Counted from the first letter of the stretch, positions 40,299 to 51,896 are shown. The stretch is DNA of 64,000 nt from Candidatus Subterrananammoxibius californiae (GCA_030586555.1 JAURAC010000007.1:35611-99610); one strand, 5' to 3'. The notes: generated from the sequence alone by a model not told the origin. Program-made: numbers and translations.

Positions 40299-41914
40299 AA
40301 CGTGTACGCCCCAAAAACAGATTTTAATGTATTGCAAATTTCGCCGAGGGTTGCGTAGTTACGTACACAATCAATGATAAAGGGCATGAGGTTTTCTTTA
40401 CCTTCGGCTGAGCTCAGGTCGAAGCCTTTTGCTGCATTTTGCAAGGATTCAAGGGACGTGCGAACCTTTTTGTTTGAACGTTTCTTCTTTAATTCATTAA
40501 GCCGTCGAATCTGCTCTTTCTTTATTTCAGGGTCTATATGTAATATTTGAGGTATCTCTTGTCTCTCACCAATAAACGCATTTACCCCTACAATAATTCG
40601 CTCGCCAGCTTCGATTTCCTTCTGATAAGCAAATGCGCTCTTTTGGATTTCTTCCTGCATATAGCCTTTACTGATGGCGCTAATCGCCCCGCCCATTGAT
40701 TCAATTTCATCAAGCAATTTCCAGACCCTGTTTTCAAGTTCATTGGTTAAAGACTCCACATAATACGAGCCGCCAAGCGGGTCAACCGTATTCGGCACGC
40801 CTGTTTCGGTCGCTATAACCTGTTGTGTGCGCAGGGCGAGCATAACTGCGTGCTCCGATGGCAAGGCAAGCGCCTCATCATAAGAACAGGTGTGAAGGGA
40901 TTGCGTCCCCCCTAAAACGGCTGCCATAGCCTGCAATGCTACACGCACAATATTATTTTCTGGCTGCTGAGATGTGAGGCACACGCCGCCTGTATGGATA
41001 TGAAATCTCAACATGCACGACTCTAACTTTTTTGCCCCAAACCGCTCTTTCATTAGCTTTGCCCAGATTCGGCGGGCAGCCCTGAACTTTGCTATCTCCT
41101 CAAAGAAATCCATGTGCACGGCAAAAAAGAATGAAAGCCTGTTACAAAATTCATCAACATCAAGTCCTTTCTCAAGTACCGATTTTACATAGGCAATGGC
41201 ATTTGCAAAGGTAAATGCAAGTTCCTGTACGGCTGTAGCGCCAGCCTCCCTTATATGATACCCACTTATGCTAATACTATTCCATTTGGGCATGTGGTGT
41301 CTGCAATAAACAATAATATCGGTAGCCAGTCGCATAGAGGGTTCGATAGGATAAATAAAATTGCCCCTTGCAACGTATTCTTTTAGTATATCATTTTGAA
41401 TAGTCCCTCTCAGATTCGATATTGGTATGCCACGTTTCTCGGCAATTACTATATACATCGCCAAAAGCATAACAGCGCTGGCATTAATGGTCATCGAGAC
41501 GCTTACCTTATCAAGCGGAATGTCTTTAAACAGGAGCTCCATATCCTCCAGGGAACTTATAGGCACGCCTACCTTTCCCACCTCATCATGGGCTATAGGA
41601 TTATCTGAATCGAGGCCGAGTTGTGTTGGCAAGTCGAATGCAACGCTAAGGCCTGTTTCTCCATGTTCAAGAAGATAACGATACCTGCGATTGGACTCAC
41701 TAACGGAAGCAAAGCCTGCGTACTGTCTCATCGTCCAGAGCTTGCCCCGATACATCGTAGGGTAGACACCCCTTAGAAATGGATATTGCCCTGGGAAGCC
41801 AATATCTTTAAGGTAATCGCATCCCTGTAAATCTTGAGGGGTATACACGGTCTTTACCGGAATGCCTGAATTAGTTCGGAGTTCAGCGTTCGGAGTTCGG
41901 AGTTTAGATTCCAT
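40295..41914 (-). CDS. Methylmalonyl-CoA mutase large (substrate-binding) subunit, no B12 domain
   Basis: WTMRQYAGF, GLSVAFDLPTQ, QNDILKEYVARG, ISGYHIREAG and EIAKFRAAR. Confidence 0.92.
   Translation of the reverse strand: MESKLRTPNAELRTNSGIPVKTVYTPQDLQGCDYLKDIGFPGQYPFLRGVYPTMYRGKLWTMRQYAGFASVSESNRRYRYLLEHGETGLSVAFDLPTQLGLDSDNPIAHDEVGKVGVPISSLEDMELLFKDIPLDKVSVSMTINASAVMLLAMYIVIAEKRGIPISNLRGTIQNDILKEYVARGNFIYPIEPSMRLATDIIVYCRHHMPKWNSISISGYHIREAGATAVQELAFTFANAIAYVKSVLEKGLDVDEFCNRLSFFFAVHMDFFEEIAKFRAARRIWAKLMKERFGAKKLESCMLRFHIHTGGVCLTSQQPENNIVRVALQAMAAVLGGTQSLHTCSYDEALALPSEHAVMLALRTQQVIATETGVPNTVDPLGGSYYVESLTNELENRVWKLLDEIESMGGAISAISKGYMQEEIQKSAFAYQKEIEAGERIIVGVNAFIGERQEIPQILHIDPEIKKEQIRRLNELKKKRSNKKVRTSLESLQNAAKGFDLSSAEGKENLMPFIIDCVRNYATLGEICNTLKSVFGAYTL
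40401..40426. repeat. In-frame CCTTCG..CGAAG palindrome in the mutase gene
   Basis: CCTTCGGCTGAGCTCAGGTCGAAGCC encodes GFDLSSAEG between AAK and ENLMP. Confidence 0.7.
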
Positions 41915-41930
41915 CTTGTTTGTCCACTTA

Positions 41931-41975
41931 ACCACCCCTTAATCCCCTCCTTCGCAAGGAGGGGAAAGGGGAGGT
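41931..41975. repeat. Intergenic CCCC..GGGG palindrome
   Basis: CCCCTT..TCCCCTCCTT-CGC-AAGGAGGGGA-AAGGGG; same family as the inserts in aroDE, the biotin-carrier gene and accC. Confidence 0.75.
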
Positions 41976-41986
41976 ATAGTTTGTCT

Positions 41987-42537
41987 TTATTCTATCATAA
42001 TTAATTCATCATTAAGTTTCACCATTGAGCCTTGAGTAACATTAATTCGCTTTATAACCCCACTATATGGCGCTTTAACCTCGTTTTCCATCTTCATCGC
42101 CTCGACGATTAAAAGACTATCGCCCTTCTTAACCCTATCGCCATCCTTCACACCAACTGCTGTAACCATGCCCGGCATAGGACATCTTATAACCTTTAAT
42201 CCCCCCTTACCCCCCTTTACCAAAGGGGGGATTGGGGGGATTATTCGCCTGTAAATTTCGTTAGAGACCTGCGCCTCAAAACATTGACCAGCGAGACATA
42301 TTCGTAGAGACGCAAGATTTTGCGTCTCTACCTCCCCCTCCTCCACCAGCACCTCATAAACCCTGTTGTTCAGGAGGAGGGAATAAAAGGGGAATCGGGT
42401 GTCCTCCAGAAGTCAATGGCAAATTGCTCACCATCAACTATGACAGACAAGAATGTCCGTCCTCCCGCTTCCGTCTTTTTTGCGGTGATTTCGTACGCCT
42501 CAGCCTCAGGCGGACCAATTGTAACAAAATATTTCAT
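41987..42537 (-). pseudogene. Biotin carboxyl carrier protein split by a -1 frameshift (pseudogene, programmed frameshift or sequencing error)
   Basis: Frame A runs MKYFVTIG...PDSPFIPSS*. The -1 frame continues YSLLLNNRVYEV...PMPG...EAMKMENE. The switch point is at 42385-42391. Confidence 0.75.
42304..42331. repeat. GTAGAGACGCAA REP, in frame in the biotin-carrier gene
   Basis: GTAGAGACGCAA-GATT-TTGCGTCTCTAC encodes VETQNLASL; relatives start near 32579 and 53604. Confidence 0.9.
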
Positions 42538-42561
42538 TTATCCCTCCTTGGTTTTCACTTT

Positions 42562-42936
42562 TTAAGTTATTGTCTTCTCTATTTCGGTCAATACCTTTTT
42601 CAAATTCATTGGTTCAGAACTAATAACCCGACCATCAGGGATATGAAGATGATGAGGATATGCATCCACGTTTTTATGATGTTTTACATTATCCCATCTC
42701 TTTACTAATTTACCATCAGAAGTTTGCCAATGAAAACTATAGGTTTCGACATGTATCTTATTTTTACGAACTTCTATATATTCGGCAAATTCCAACATAT
42801 TAGCATTTGCTAAACTACACTTTACGCGAATGTAACCATCCTCATCCCCAACCATCCGTTTTAATACCTTGAAAGAAGAAACAATGGGGTTTACAAGAAG
42901 TTCTTGAATTAAATCGTAAAGATAGGCTTCAACCAT
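42562..42936 (-). CDS. DUF6516/TumE-like putative toxin
   Basis: YSFHWQ..DG.LVKRWDN..HH...YPHHLH motif. Confidence 0.75.
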   Translation of the reverse strand: MVEAYLYDLIQELLVNPIVSSFKVLKRMVGDEDGYIRVKCSLANANMLEFAEYIEVRKNKIHVETYSFHWQTSDGKLVKRWDNVKHHKNVDAYPHHLHIPDGRVISSEPMNLKKVLTEIEKTIT

Positions 42937-43248
42937 CTATTTCTTGCCTTCAAGAGCGGTTTTCTTCTCAACTAAACGATTGCGTATTTGATATAAAGAT
43001 GACCATTCAACAAAATCCATATCATCACCGAGCCTGCCTTCTTGAAACTCATTAAAGAAAGCTGATGAGGTCTTTTTGTACTTGTGTTCAAACTTCTTTA
43101 ACTCCCTGCTCAATTTCTTAATCTCTTCATCATATTTTTGAATCCTATAATCCAGCATTTTTGAGATTGTCTGAGAGAAAAAAGGGTCCTCGCCATGTTT
43201 CTGGATAAATTTTTCCAGATTTTTAACCTTTGACAATGCTTGTTTCAT
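42937..43248 (-). CDS. Putative antitoxin (TumA-like)
   Basis: FEHKY..SS..F...F.EG.LGDDMDFVEW; abuts the DUF6516-like gene. Confidence 0.65.
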   Translation of the reverse strand: MKQALSKVKNLEKFIQKHGEDPFFSQTISKMLDYRIQKYDEEIKKLSRELKKFEHKYKKTSSAFFNEFQEGRLGDDMDFVEWSSLYQIRNRLVEKKTALEGKK

Positions 43249-43308
43249 TTAGCCCTCCTTCACATTTTTATTAGAGTAGAAAGCAAGACCAGTTTAATTA
43301 TCTTATGA

Positions 43309-44550
43309 TTAATTCTTTTGTAAAAATTTATAAATCTCCTTGAAGTCTCCGGCAGTATTTATAACCACATTTTTAAAAGCCGCTGTTTTTCTCTTAGGAC
43401 AATCCTTATAGAAAAATCTCGTATAAAGTGCAAGCTCGCCATTATAGCCCTCTTTATTTTTTACAAGCTCCCTCAGCACTTCCAACCATTTCTTATTCTC
43501 TTTTACTTCTACTTCTTTGCGCCCCTCCACGGTGTCCAAATTCATCTCTATAATTCCATCAATGATTGGTTTGCTCCGCCCTAAAAAGTGTCTTTGCACG
43601 AATTCTATAAAAAGATTAGGCAGATTCTTTCTAAGCTTAAATAGCTTCTTAACAAATGAAGCAAAAATATCATCGCCCTCAAATATTTCCTTTAATCTCT
43701 TCCACCTATTATTGCCGGCATAATTTGGGATGGTTATACCCATACCCATATGAGTTTCCGTAAGCCAGAAAGTTAAATATATATCCTTAGTGAACTTTTT
43801 ATAGGCTCCAAGAAATGACCATGTGCTACGATGAAAAGTAGTATACGGATGCACGGCTTGAGTGTATATCTCTCTTTCATGTTTAAGCTCCGGAAATATC
43901 TTAAGGATATCCGGCTTTATTTCCTTTATTAAATTCTTGATGATGTTTTTTGCTTCCTCATGATTATACGTCCCTGAAGGATAGTCAACCCCTTGAAATC
44001 CCACTAAATCTTCTTTCATGGCTAAGTACTCCTTTAATTGATTCCTTAGATACCAGGATCCCCCCTGGATTTCCTTTTCATTAGTAACAAAATCATAGAT
44101 TTCTCGCCATGATATCCATCGGATATCTATATTGGAGACATTAAAATCTTTTACGGGGGATTCTTCATCAGGCGTTATAACACAAAGATGCTTTTGAGGA
44201 TACCCTTTAATTCTTTTTATATGGGCTAATAACTGATCTCGCTTAATTGCGTTTTTAGCTATTTTTGATTCAAAAACAATAGCCTTATCTTCGTCAATTA
44301 TTACCAACCCATCTGGGATACTCTCTGTTTTTTCTCTATCTTTTTTAGCATCACCTAACGCAAATGGCTTTTTCTGTGAGCTAATAATGACGTTGGTATT
44401 CTTACCTGTACGAATCTTGAAATATTTATTAATGAAGGTTTTTAATAGATGGGCATCCTGTCTTAGAACTTGGAAAAAAGCATTTGTGGCTCTGTTTTCC
44501 TCGATATCGTATTGATCGAATATATTATTCAGGCGGCTTTCTATTTTCAT
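43309..44550 (-). CDS. Putative PD-(D/E)XK nuclease-domain protein
   Basis: EN..TNAF, ESIPDG...VFESKI and ISWREI; AT-rich. Confidence 0.6.
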   Translation of the reverse strand: MKIESRLNNIFDQYDIEENRATNAFFQVLRQDAHLLKTFINKYFKIRTGKNTNVIISSQKKPFALGDAKKDREKTESIPDGLVIIDEDKAIVFESKIAKNAIKRDQLLAHIKRIKGYPQKHLCVITPDEESPVKDFNVSNIDIRWISWREIYDFVTNEKEIQGGSWYLRNQLKEYLAMKEDLVGFQGVDYPSGTYNHEEAKNIIKNLIKEIKPDILKIFPELKHEREIYTQAVHPYTTFHRSTWSFLGAYKKFTKDIYLTFWLTETHMGMGITIPNYAGNNRWKRLKEIFEGDDIFASFVKKLFKLRKNLPNLFIEFVQRHFLGRSKPIIDGIIEMNLDTVEGRKEVEVKENKKWLEVLRELVKNKEGYNGELALYTRFFYKDCPKRKTAAFKNVVINTAGDFKEIYKFLQKN

Positions 44551-44583
44551 GATTTCTTCTTTTTAGTTTTTTGTGGTAATGTC

Positions 44584-46176
44584 TTATAATTCCTGTAAAA
44601 TGCTGTTGCATCTTTTAACTCTACCGAGCTCTTGCCTTGTTGCAAGTACCCAGGGGCTGAGGGTATGGTCATATTCCTCCCGTAACGTAGGGGCACGTTG
44701 CAACGTGCCCCTACCAGTAGCCAAAACGGCGATGATAGCGGCTATCTTCCTATTAACCTCCGACACACCCCTTTCTCCCCTCTTGAAAGAGGGGATGGGG
44801 GTGTGTATTCGTTTTTTCATAAATTTTTCGACGTACTTTGTGCTAATATCGCCATCAATAAATTTTTTGTCCTTAAAGACACGTTCAAAGAAGGATATGG
44901 TGGTCTTTATGCCCGAAATGCGAAATTCACTTAGGGCTGTGCGCATGCGGTTTATAGCGGTACGCCTGTCCTCGCCCCATACTATCAATTTGCCAATAAG
45001 CGGGTCGTAGTATGGCAGTACCTCCATCCCGTTAAAGATACTCGATTCAACGCGAATCCCTGCCCCAGAGGGTAATTGATGAAGCCTTATTGTCCCGGTA
45101 GATGGTAAAAACCCATTATACGGGTCCTCTGCATATATACGACATTCGATTGATGTACCCACGTTGCACGGACAAACAAGTTTGTCCATGCCACCCTTCT
45201 GTGAAAAGGCTAACCTTTCACCCATCGCAATCTTTAGCTGATGCTTGACGATGTCGGTCCCTGTAACCATTTCGGTAACAGGATGCTCCACCTGGAGGCG
45301 TGTATTTACTTCTAAAAAATAGAAATTCCCATCGGGGCTTAGTAGAAATTCCACAGTCCCAGCATTGCAGTATTTCACGGCTTTTGCCACTTTTACAGCA
45401 GCATTAGCCATCTTTTTACGCAAAGCCTCTGTTAGGGCAGGAGACGGTGTTTCCTCAATGAGCTTCTGAAAACGCCTTTGTATGGAACATTCACGTTCGC
45501 CAAGATGGACGACATTGCCAAAGTTATCAGCAAGAATCTGAAATTCGATATGTCTTGCACCTTCGATATATTTCTCAAGATACATTCTCGATGAGCCAAA
45601 CGCCGATAATGCTTCCTCTTTTGCCAGACGAAAGGCGGAAGGGATTTCTTTTTGAGAAGAGATTATCCTTATCCCTTTACCGCCGCCGCCATCCGCTGCC
45701 TTTATTACAACAGGATAGCCGATTTGATTTGCAGCTTTTAATATGTCTCTTTCATTGTTGATTTCATCAAGCGTACCGGGAATAACTGGAATGCCAGCAT
45801 TTTGTACATTACGACGCGCCTCAAGTTTATCGCCTAACATACGAAGGTTTTCACTTGTTGGGCCAATAAAGATAATTCCCCCATTTTCACATGCCTTTGC
45901 AAAGTGTGAATTCTCCGCAAGGAACCCGTACCCTGGATGAATGGCTTGTACCTTTGCCTTTCTGGCAATTCCAATAATTTTCTTTATATTAAGGTAACTT
46001 TCCGATGGCTGTGGCGGACCCAATGAGTATGCCTCATCAGCGAACTTTACATGGAGGGAATATTTGTCAACGTCGCTATAAACGGCAACGATTTCAATAT
46101 CCATCTCTCTGCAGGTTCGAATAATCCTCAAGGCAATCTCTCCACGATTGGCTATCAGCACCTTCTTGAATTTCAT
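44584..46176 (-). CDS. accC: Biotin carboxylase subunit of an acyl-CoA carboxylase
   Basis: KKVLIANRGEIA, HPGYGFLAEN, GGGGKG and EVNTRLQVEHPVTE; start at ATG 46176. Confidence 0.93.
   Translation of the reverse strand: MKFKKVLIANRGEIALRIIRTCREMDIEIVAVYSDVDKYSLHVKFADEAYSLGPPQPSESYLNIKKIIGIARKAKVQAIHPGYGFLAENSHFAKACENGGIIFIGPTSENLRMLGDKLEARRNVQNAGIPVIPGTLDEINNERDILKAANQIGYPVVIKAADGGGGKGIRIISSQKEIPSAFRLAKEEALSAFGSSRMYLEKYIEGARHIEFQILADNFGNVVHLGERECSIQRRFQKLIEETPSPALTEALRKKMANAAVKVAKAVKYCNAGTVEFLLSPDGNFYFLEVNTRLQVEHPVTEMVTGTDIVKHQLKIAMGERLAFSQKGGMDKLVCPCNVGTSIECRIYAEDPYNGFLPSTGTIRLHQLPSGAGIRVESSIFNGMEVLPYYDPLIGKLIVWGEDRRTAINRMRTALSEFRISGIKTTISFFERVFKDKKFIDGDISTKYVEKFMKKRIHTPIPSFKRGERGVSEVNRKIAAIIAVLATGRGTLQRAPTLREEYDHTLSPWVLATRQELGRVKRCNSILQEL
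44687..44714. repeat. Perfect 28-bp palindrome, in frame in accC
   Basis: Identical to 39242-39269. Confidence 0.95.
44763..44806. repeat. In-frame CCCC..GGGG palindrome in accC
   Basis: ACACACCCC..TCCCCTCTT-GA-AAGAGGGGA..GGGGTGTGT encodes HTPIPSFKRGERGV. Confidence 0.75.
45166..45196. repeat. GCACGGACAAAC REP, in frame in accC
   Basis: 31 bp identical to intergenic 53068-53098; encodes GGMDKLVCPC. Confidence 0.92.
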
Positions 46177-46200
46177 CGTCCTTTCCTTTCTTAAGAATGG

Positions 46201-46256
46201 GTAGACAACGATGTTTATCATCGTTGACTTCAACGGACATAAAGTCCGTTGTCTAC
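46201..46256. repeat. Double-hairpin GTAGACAACG REP
   Basis: Inverted relative of 34502-34560. Confidence 0.85.
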
Positions 46257-46277
46257 CTTTTTAAAAGAGGTAAGGCA

Positions 46278-47828
46278 TCATAAAGGAATATTGCTATGCT
46301 TCTTTGGCGGCATTATGGAGCGCTTATTCCTTAACAGTCTTAAAGCTTTAATAAGTTTGGGACGTGTCTCAGCAGCTTCGATTACCTCATCAATAAAGCC
46401 CCGTTCAGCCGCAATGTAGGGGTTGGCAAATTTTTCCCTGTAATCCTGCACCTTTTGCAAAAGCATCTTTTCGGGGGCTTTTGCCTCTTGAATTTCCTTT
46501 TTGAAGACAATCTCAACCGCGCCTTCAGGACCCATCACGGCAAGTTCCGCAGTGGGCCAGGCATAGTTTATATCGGCTCCACCGTGTTTACTGTTCATGA
46601 CATCGTAAGCGCCTCCGTATGCCTTCCGTGTAATTACAGTAATCCTTGGAACGGTTGCCTCGCAAAATGCGTAAAGGAGTTTAGAGCCGTGCACAATAAT
46701 GCCCCCATGTTCCTGATTAGTCCCTGGTAGAAAACCAGGAACGTCAACAAAGGTAATGAGCGGGATATTAAATGCGTCGCAAAACCTGACAAACCTTGCG
46801 CCCTTTATTGAGGCTGTTATATCGAGGCTTCCAGCAAGCACCATTGGCTGATTGGCAACTATGCCTACGGAATGACCGTCAAGCCTTGCAAACCCTACAA
46901 CAATATTCTTTGCAAAACCCGCATGGACTTCGAGGAAATCGCCGCTATCAACTACTGCCCCAATAACGTCTTTTATATCGTACGGCTTTCTTATATCCTC
47001 CGGAATAATATTATTAAGCCTTACCTCTCCCCTATCAGGGTCGTCCGTGGGCTTAACTGCAGGAGGATTCTCCATATTATTTAAAGGCAAAAAGCTTAAT
47101 AGCCTGCGAATCAACGAGAGGCATTGAGCCTCATCCTTTGTAACGAAATGAGCAACGCCGCTCTTTTCGCCATGAACCGTTGCGCCACCCAATTCCTGGA
47201 AACTTACATCCTCATGTGTAACCGCCTTTACCACCGCTGGACCAGTAACAAACATGTGGCTTGTGCCTTCTACCATTATAACAAAATCGGTAAGGGCTGG
47301 AGAATAAACAGCCCCACCAGCGCACGGTCCCATTATTGCGGAGATTTGAGGAATTACACCCGACGAAATCGTATTTCTGTAAAAAATATTGCCGTATCCG
47401 CCAAGACTTACAACACCTTCTTGAATCCTCGAACCGCCAGAGTCATTCAAGCCAATTACAGGAACACCTATCTTCATGGCTAAATCAAGCGTCTTACAAA
47501 TCTTCTCAGCATGTGCCTCACCCAGTGCGCCGCCAAAGACTGCGAAGTCCTGGGAATAAATACACACCCGCCGTCCATCAATCGTTCCGTAACCGGTTAC
47601 AATGCCATCGCCGAGAAAACGTTTTTTATCCATCTCAAAATCATGGCTTCTATGTCTGACAAAGGCGTCAAGCTCTTGAAATGAACCCTCGTCAAGCAGG
47701 AGCGTTAGCCGTTCCCTTGCAGTCAATTTTCCCTTAGCATGCTGTTGGGCAATCTTATCAGAACCGCCACCTTGCTGTGCCTCTCTCCTTAATTTCTCAA
47801 GCTGTTTATATTTTTCAATGTTTGACAT
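46278..47828 (-). CDS. pccB: Acyl-CoA (propionyl/methylmalonyl-CoA) carboxyltransferase subunit
   Basis: [38 protein letters not shown] and KKHSNIPL. Confidence 0.9.
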   Translation of the reverse strand: MSNIEKYKQLEKLRREAQQGGGSDKIAQQHAKGKLTARERLTLLLDEGSFQELDAFVRHRSHDFEMDKKRFLGDGIVTGYGTIDGRRVCIYSQDFAVFGGALGEAHAEKICKTLDLAMKIGVPVIGLNDSGGSRIQEGVVSLGGYGNIFYRNTISSGVIPQISAIMGPCAGGAVYSPALTDFVIMVEGTSHMFVTGPAVVKAVTHEDVSFQELGGATVHGEKSGVAHFVTKDEAQCLSLIRRLLSFLPLNNMENPPAVKPTDDPDRGEVRLNNIIPEDIRKPYDIKDVIGAVVDSGDFLEVHAGFAKNIVVGFARLDGHSVGIVANQPMVLAGSLDITASIKGARFVRFCDAFNIPLITFVDVPGFLPGTNQEHGGIIVHGSKLLYAFCEATVPRITVITRKAYGGAYDVMNSKHGGADINYAWPTAELAVMGPEGAVEIVFKKEIQEAKAPEKMLLQKVQDYREKFANPYIAAERGFIDEVIEAAETRPKLIKALRLLRNKRSIMPPKKHSNIPL

Positions 47829-47836
47829 ATCATGTT

Positions 47837-49254
<1,418 letters not shown>

Positions 49255-49278
49255 TTATTTGTCAAATCTAATTCAATT

Positions 49279-49302
49279 GGGCACGATAAATCGTGCCCCT
49301 AC
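49279..49302. repeat. GTAGGGGC REP whose GTAG supplies the TAG stop of the acyl-CoA ligase
   Basis: GGGCACGAT-AA-ATCGTGCCCCTAC. Confidence 0.8.
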
Positions 49303-51017
49303 TTCTTGAACTGCACATCCCTGTACTTTAAAAGCTTATCCTGAAGATTCTTTTTGAGTTCGAGCCTTTTGGGCTTGCCTGTTGAGGTATAGGGGACGTC
49401 AACCCCGAAAATGATTACCTTCGGCTGTTTCCTGAAGTCGAGTTTTTTCTGGCAATATTCAAGAATTTCTTTTTCTGACACATCCGCTCCGTTCTTTGGG
49501 ACGATATAAGCAGCTACCTCCTCGCCATAATAACGATTGTCAAACGGTATTGCCATACCAAATTTAACCTTTGGGTGGGTTTTAAGCGCCTCGTCTATCT
49601 CGAAAGGAGAGATATTGAATCCGCCTCGAATTATTAGCTCCTTAATGCGACCTGTAATAAAGAAAAATTTCCTGCCAGTAGCATCTAACTTGTAGAATCC
49701 TTCGTCTCCCGATTTAAACCAGCCAAACTTGAATGCATCTTCATTTGCATCGGGCCGTTTAAAATATCCCTTTACCACGTTCCTGCCCCTTATGACAATC
49801 TCTCCTCTTTCGAGTTCATCCAATTCCCTACCGTGCTCATCTATGATAGACATCTCATTATGCCTTATAGGTATCCCGATGGAGGGAAACTTAAATTCTG
49901 ATAGCCAGTAGGTATGTTCTGCACGAGGCAAGTCCACTGGTAAAAAGCAAGAATAACAGGTCGTCTCAGAGAGACCATATCCGTGCATAATAGGGATATT
50001 AAACCTTTTTTCAAAATTAATGGCGGTATCAACAAGTAGGGGACCCGCACCGCAGATTATCCATTTAAAGTTGCTAAGCTCATATTTGCTAATATCCTCA
50101 TCTGCCTCAAGGAGAAATTCAAGGATAGTTGGAACAACGCTTACGCATGTTACCCTGTCTCGGGCTATCTTTTGCCAGAAGGTCTGTGATTTAAATTTGC
50201 GATTGAGAACCGTACTGCCCCTAAAATAATAGGGAGTAACGAGCGTAACTATCGTCCCATTGACGTGGTGAATGGGAAGGATGCACATCAGTCTATCATC
50301 TTCGGTGAAACGATGCCAGTCTGCAATGCCATCTGCATCAGCCAATAAGTTATACTGGGATAGAATGACGCCCTTCGGCGGACCTGTTGTGCCGGAGGTA
50401 TAAACTATGAGGGCATCGGCTTCGAGATTGGTGGAACTATCTTCAACTAAAATTTTAGACTGCTTTTTTATCTCTGTTATATAATTTAATACATCCTTTT
50501 GTACTTTCTCCCCAATAAAAACGATGTATTGTAAGGCGGGGAGATTATGCTTAATAGATTTCGCTTCATCCAGAAAATCCTCCCAGCAAAAGACCGCCTT
50601 TGCCTCTGAATTCTCTATAATGTATCTTTTTCTATCCAGCTTTTCATCTACGTCAACAGGCACCACGCATGCGCCAAGCTTCCAGCATGCAAAGTATATA
50701 AAAACGGTGTAAAAATGGTTAAACATCATTGTTGCAACCTTGTCGCCCCTTTTTACAGAAAGAACATTCCGCATAAAGTTAGCGGTCTGGTTAACATGCT
50801 CATTAAACCTTTTATAAGAAAATTCCTCTCTGATATTTTTATCATCGTCATAATAAATTAAGAATGTCTTATCCTTGTATTGCCTTGCCCCCCGCCCAGA
50901 AGATGGCGGACTTACAGCTTCCTCGATAAACTGTGCAAGGTTTTTCCATGGGGGATTAAACGAACTCGCATCGCTCATCTGCTGGGCTTTAAGGATGTTG
51001 TTAGTTGTCATATTCAT
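49299..51017 (-). CDS. AMP-dependent acyl-CoA synthetase/ligase
   Basis: YTSGTTGPPKG, GYGLSET, GRIKELIIRGG and TGK. Confidence 0.9.
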   Translation of the reverse strand: MNMTTNNILKAQQMSDASSFNPPWKNLAQFIEEAVSPPSSGRGARQYKDKTFLIYYDDDKNIREEFSYKRFNEHVNQTANFMRNVLSVKRGDKVATMMFNHFYTVFIYFACWKLGACVVPVDVDEKLDRKRYIIENSEAKAVFCWEDFLDEAKSIKHNLPALQYIVFIGEKVQKDVLNYITEIKKQSKILVEDSSTNLEADALIVYTSGTTGPPKGVILSQYNLLADADGIADWHRFTEDDRLMCILPIHHVNGTIVTLVTPYYFRGSTVLNRKFKSQTFWQKIARDRVTCVSVVPTILEFLLEADEDISKYELSNFKWIICGAGPLLVDTAINFEKRFNIPIMHGYGLSETTCYSCFLPVDLPRAEHTYWLSEFKFPSIGIPIRHNEMSIIDEHGRELDELERGEIVIRGRNVVKGYFKRPDANEDAFKFGWFKSGDEGFYKLDATGRKFFFITGRIKELIIRGGFNISPFEIDEALKTHPKVKFGMAIPFDNRYYGEEVAAYIVPKNGADVSEKEILEYCQKKLDFRKQPKVIIFGVDVPYTSTGKPKRLELKKNLQDKLLKYRDVQFKK

Positions 51018-51466
51018 AAAGAGGGGAATTCTACAAACGGATTTAGCACGGTAAGGAAATCAAACCTGCTGAAATGTTTTGTATTGCTTGTAATTATCCC
51101 ACTAACGCCATTATCTAAAAGGGTGGCAACAAATACGGCATCAAATATTTCCTGTTTCTTAATGTTATACTTCAATAAACCAAGTGTGTTTCTAAGATTG
51201 CTCTTACGAGGATATATCTTTGGAATGTTTTTGGCATTCATGTATGTTTCTAAGATTCTTTTTGCTTCTTCAGGGTAAAGGGGTTTTTCTACCCTTTTAG
51301 CATCCGTGATAATAGCAAAAAATTCGTAAAGGCACTGAAATGGAAGGCATGCCTTAATTTCCCTTGTGAGTACATTTTCTTCAAGAAAAGAGGATGCCTT
51401 TGGATTGAGAACGCTATCTAAATTATAAGCATAAACAAGTATGCTTGTATCTATGGCGTAAATCAA
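51014..51466 (-). CDS. PIN-domain (VapC-like) toxin
   Basis: IDTSILVYA, LYEF, FDA.F.AT and SNTKHF. Confidence 0.85.
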   Translation of the reverse strand: MIYAIDTSILVYAYNLDSVLNPKASSFLEENVLTREIKACLPFQCLYEFFAIITDAKRVEKPLYPEEAKRILETYMNAKNIPKIYPRKSNLRNTLGLLKYNIKKQEIFDAVFVATLLDNGVSGIITSNTKHFSRFDFLTVLNPFVEFPSL

Positions 51467-51780
51467 TTTCCTTTCCTACTTTTGCCTTTTATGAACTCTC
51501 CGTACAGACTTTCCCTTGTTAAAAGATCTTCTTTAATACTTCCAAGGTGACCTTTAGGAACCTCTTTAAGTTCTGTTCCAACAACCTTACCGATACCCCT
51601 GCCACGAATCAAAAGAAATTCTTTCAGGTCTTCCTCATTAACCCTATAACTGCGACCCACTTTAACAGCCTTTAGTCTGCCGTGCTCAATGTAGCCTCTA
51701 AGCGTCACTCTGTTGACTTTCAGAATCCTTGAAAGTTCTTTTAGGTCATAAAGCTTTAGTCCTACAACTTCTATAGGCAT
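51463..51780 (-). CDS. Excisionase-type HTH protein, putative antitoxin
   Basis: LYDLKELSRILKV...GRLKAVKVGRSYRV..EDL; C-terminal LTRESLY; overlaps the PIN gene. Confidence 0.7.
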   Translation of the reverse strand: MPIEVVGLKLYDLKELSRILKVNRVTLRGYIEHGRLKAVKVGRSYRVNEEDLKEFLLIRGRGIGKVVGTELKEVPKGHLGSIKEDLLTRESLYGEFIKGKSRKGN

Positions 51781-51896
51781 ATATTACTCCTCCCTCTCAC
51801 CCAGAAACAAGTTCACATTAGATACTTTATTTTATGTATCACATCAAATGACATTTGTCAAGCGTTTTATACTTTTACATACTTCTATTTATTAAA

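Noticed and set aside
40295..41914. Isobutyryl-CoA or other variant mutase
   Set aside because: It retains the Tyr of RQYAG and the Arg after QNDILKE, typical of methylmalonyl-CoA mutase, and the epimerase is adjacent.
42540..44650. Gene-end duplication around the accC insert, as seen for ilvB/ilvC
   Set aside because: No convincing direct repeat of the accC 3' end is visible at the other boundary.
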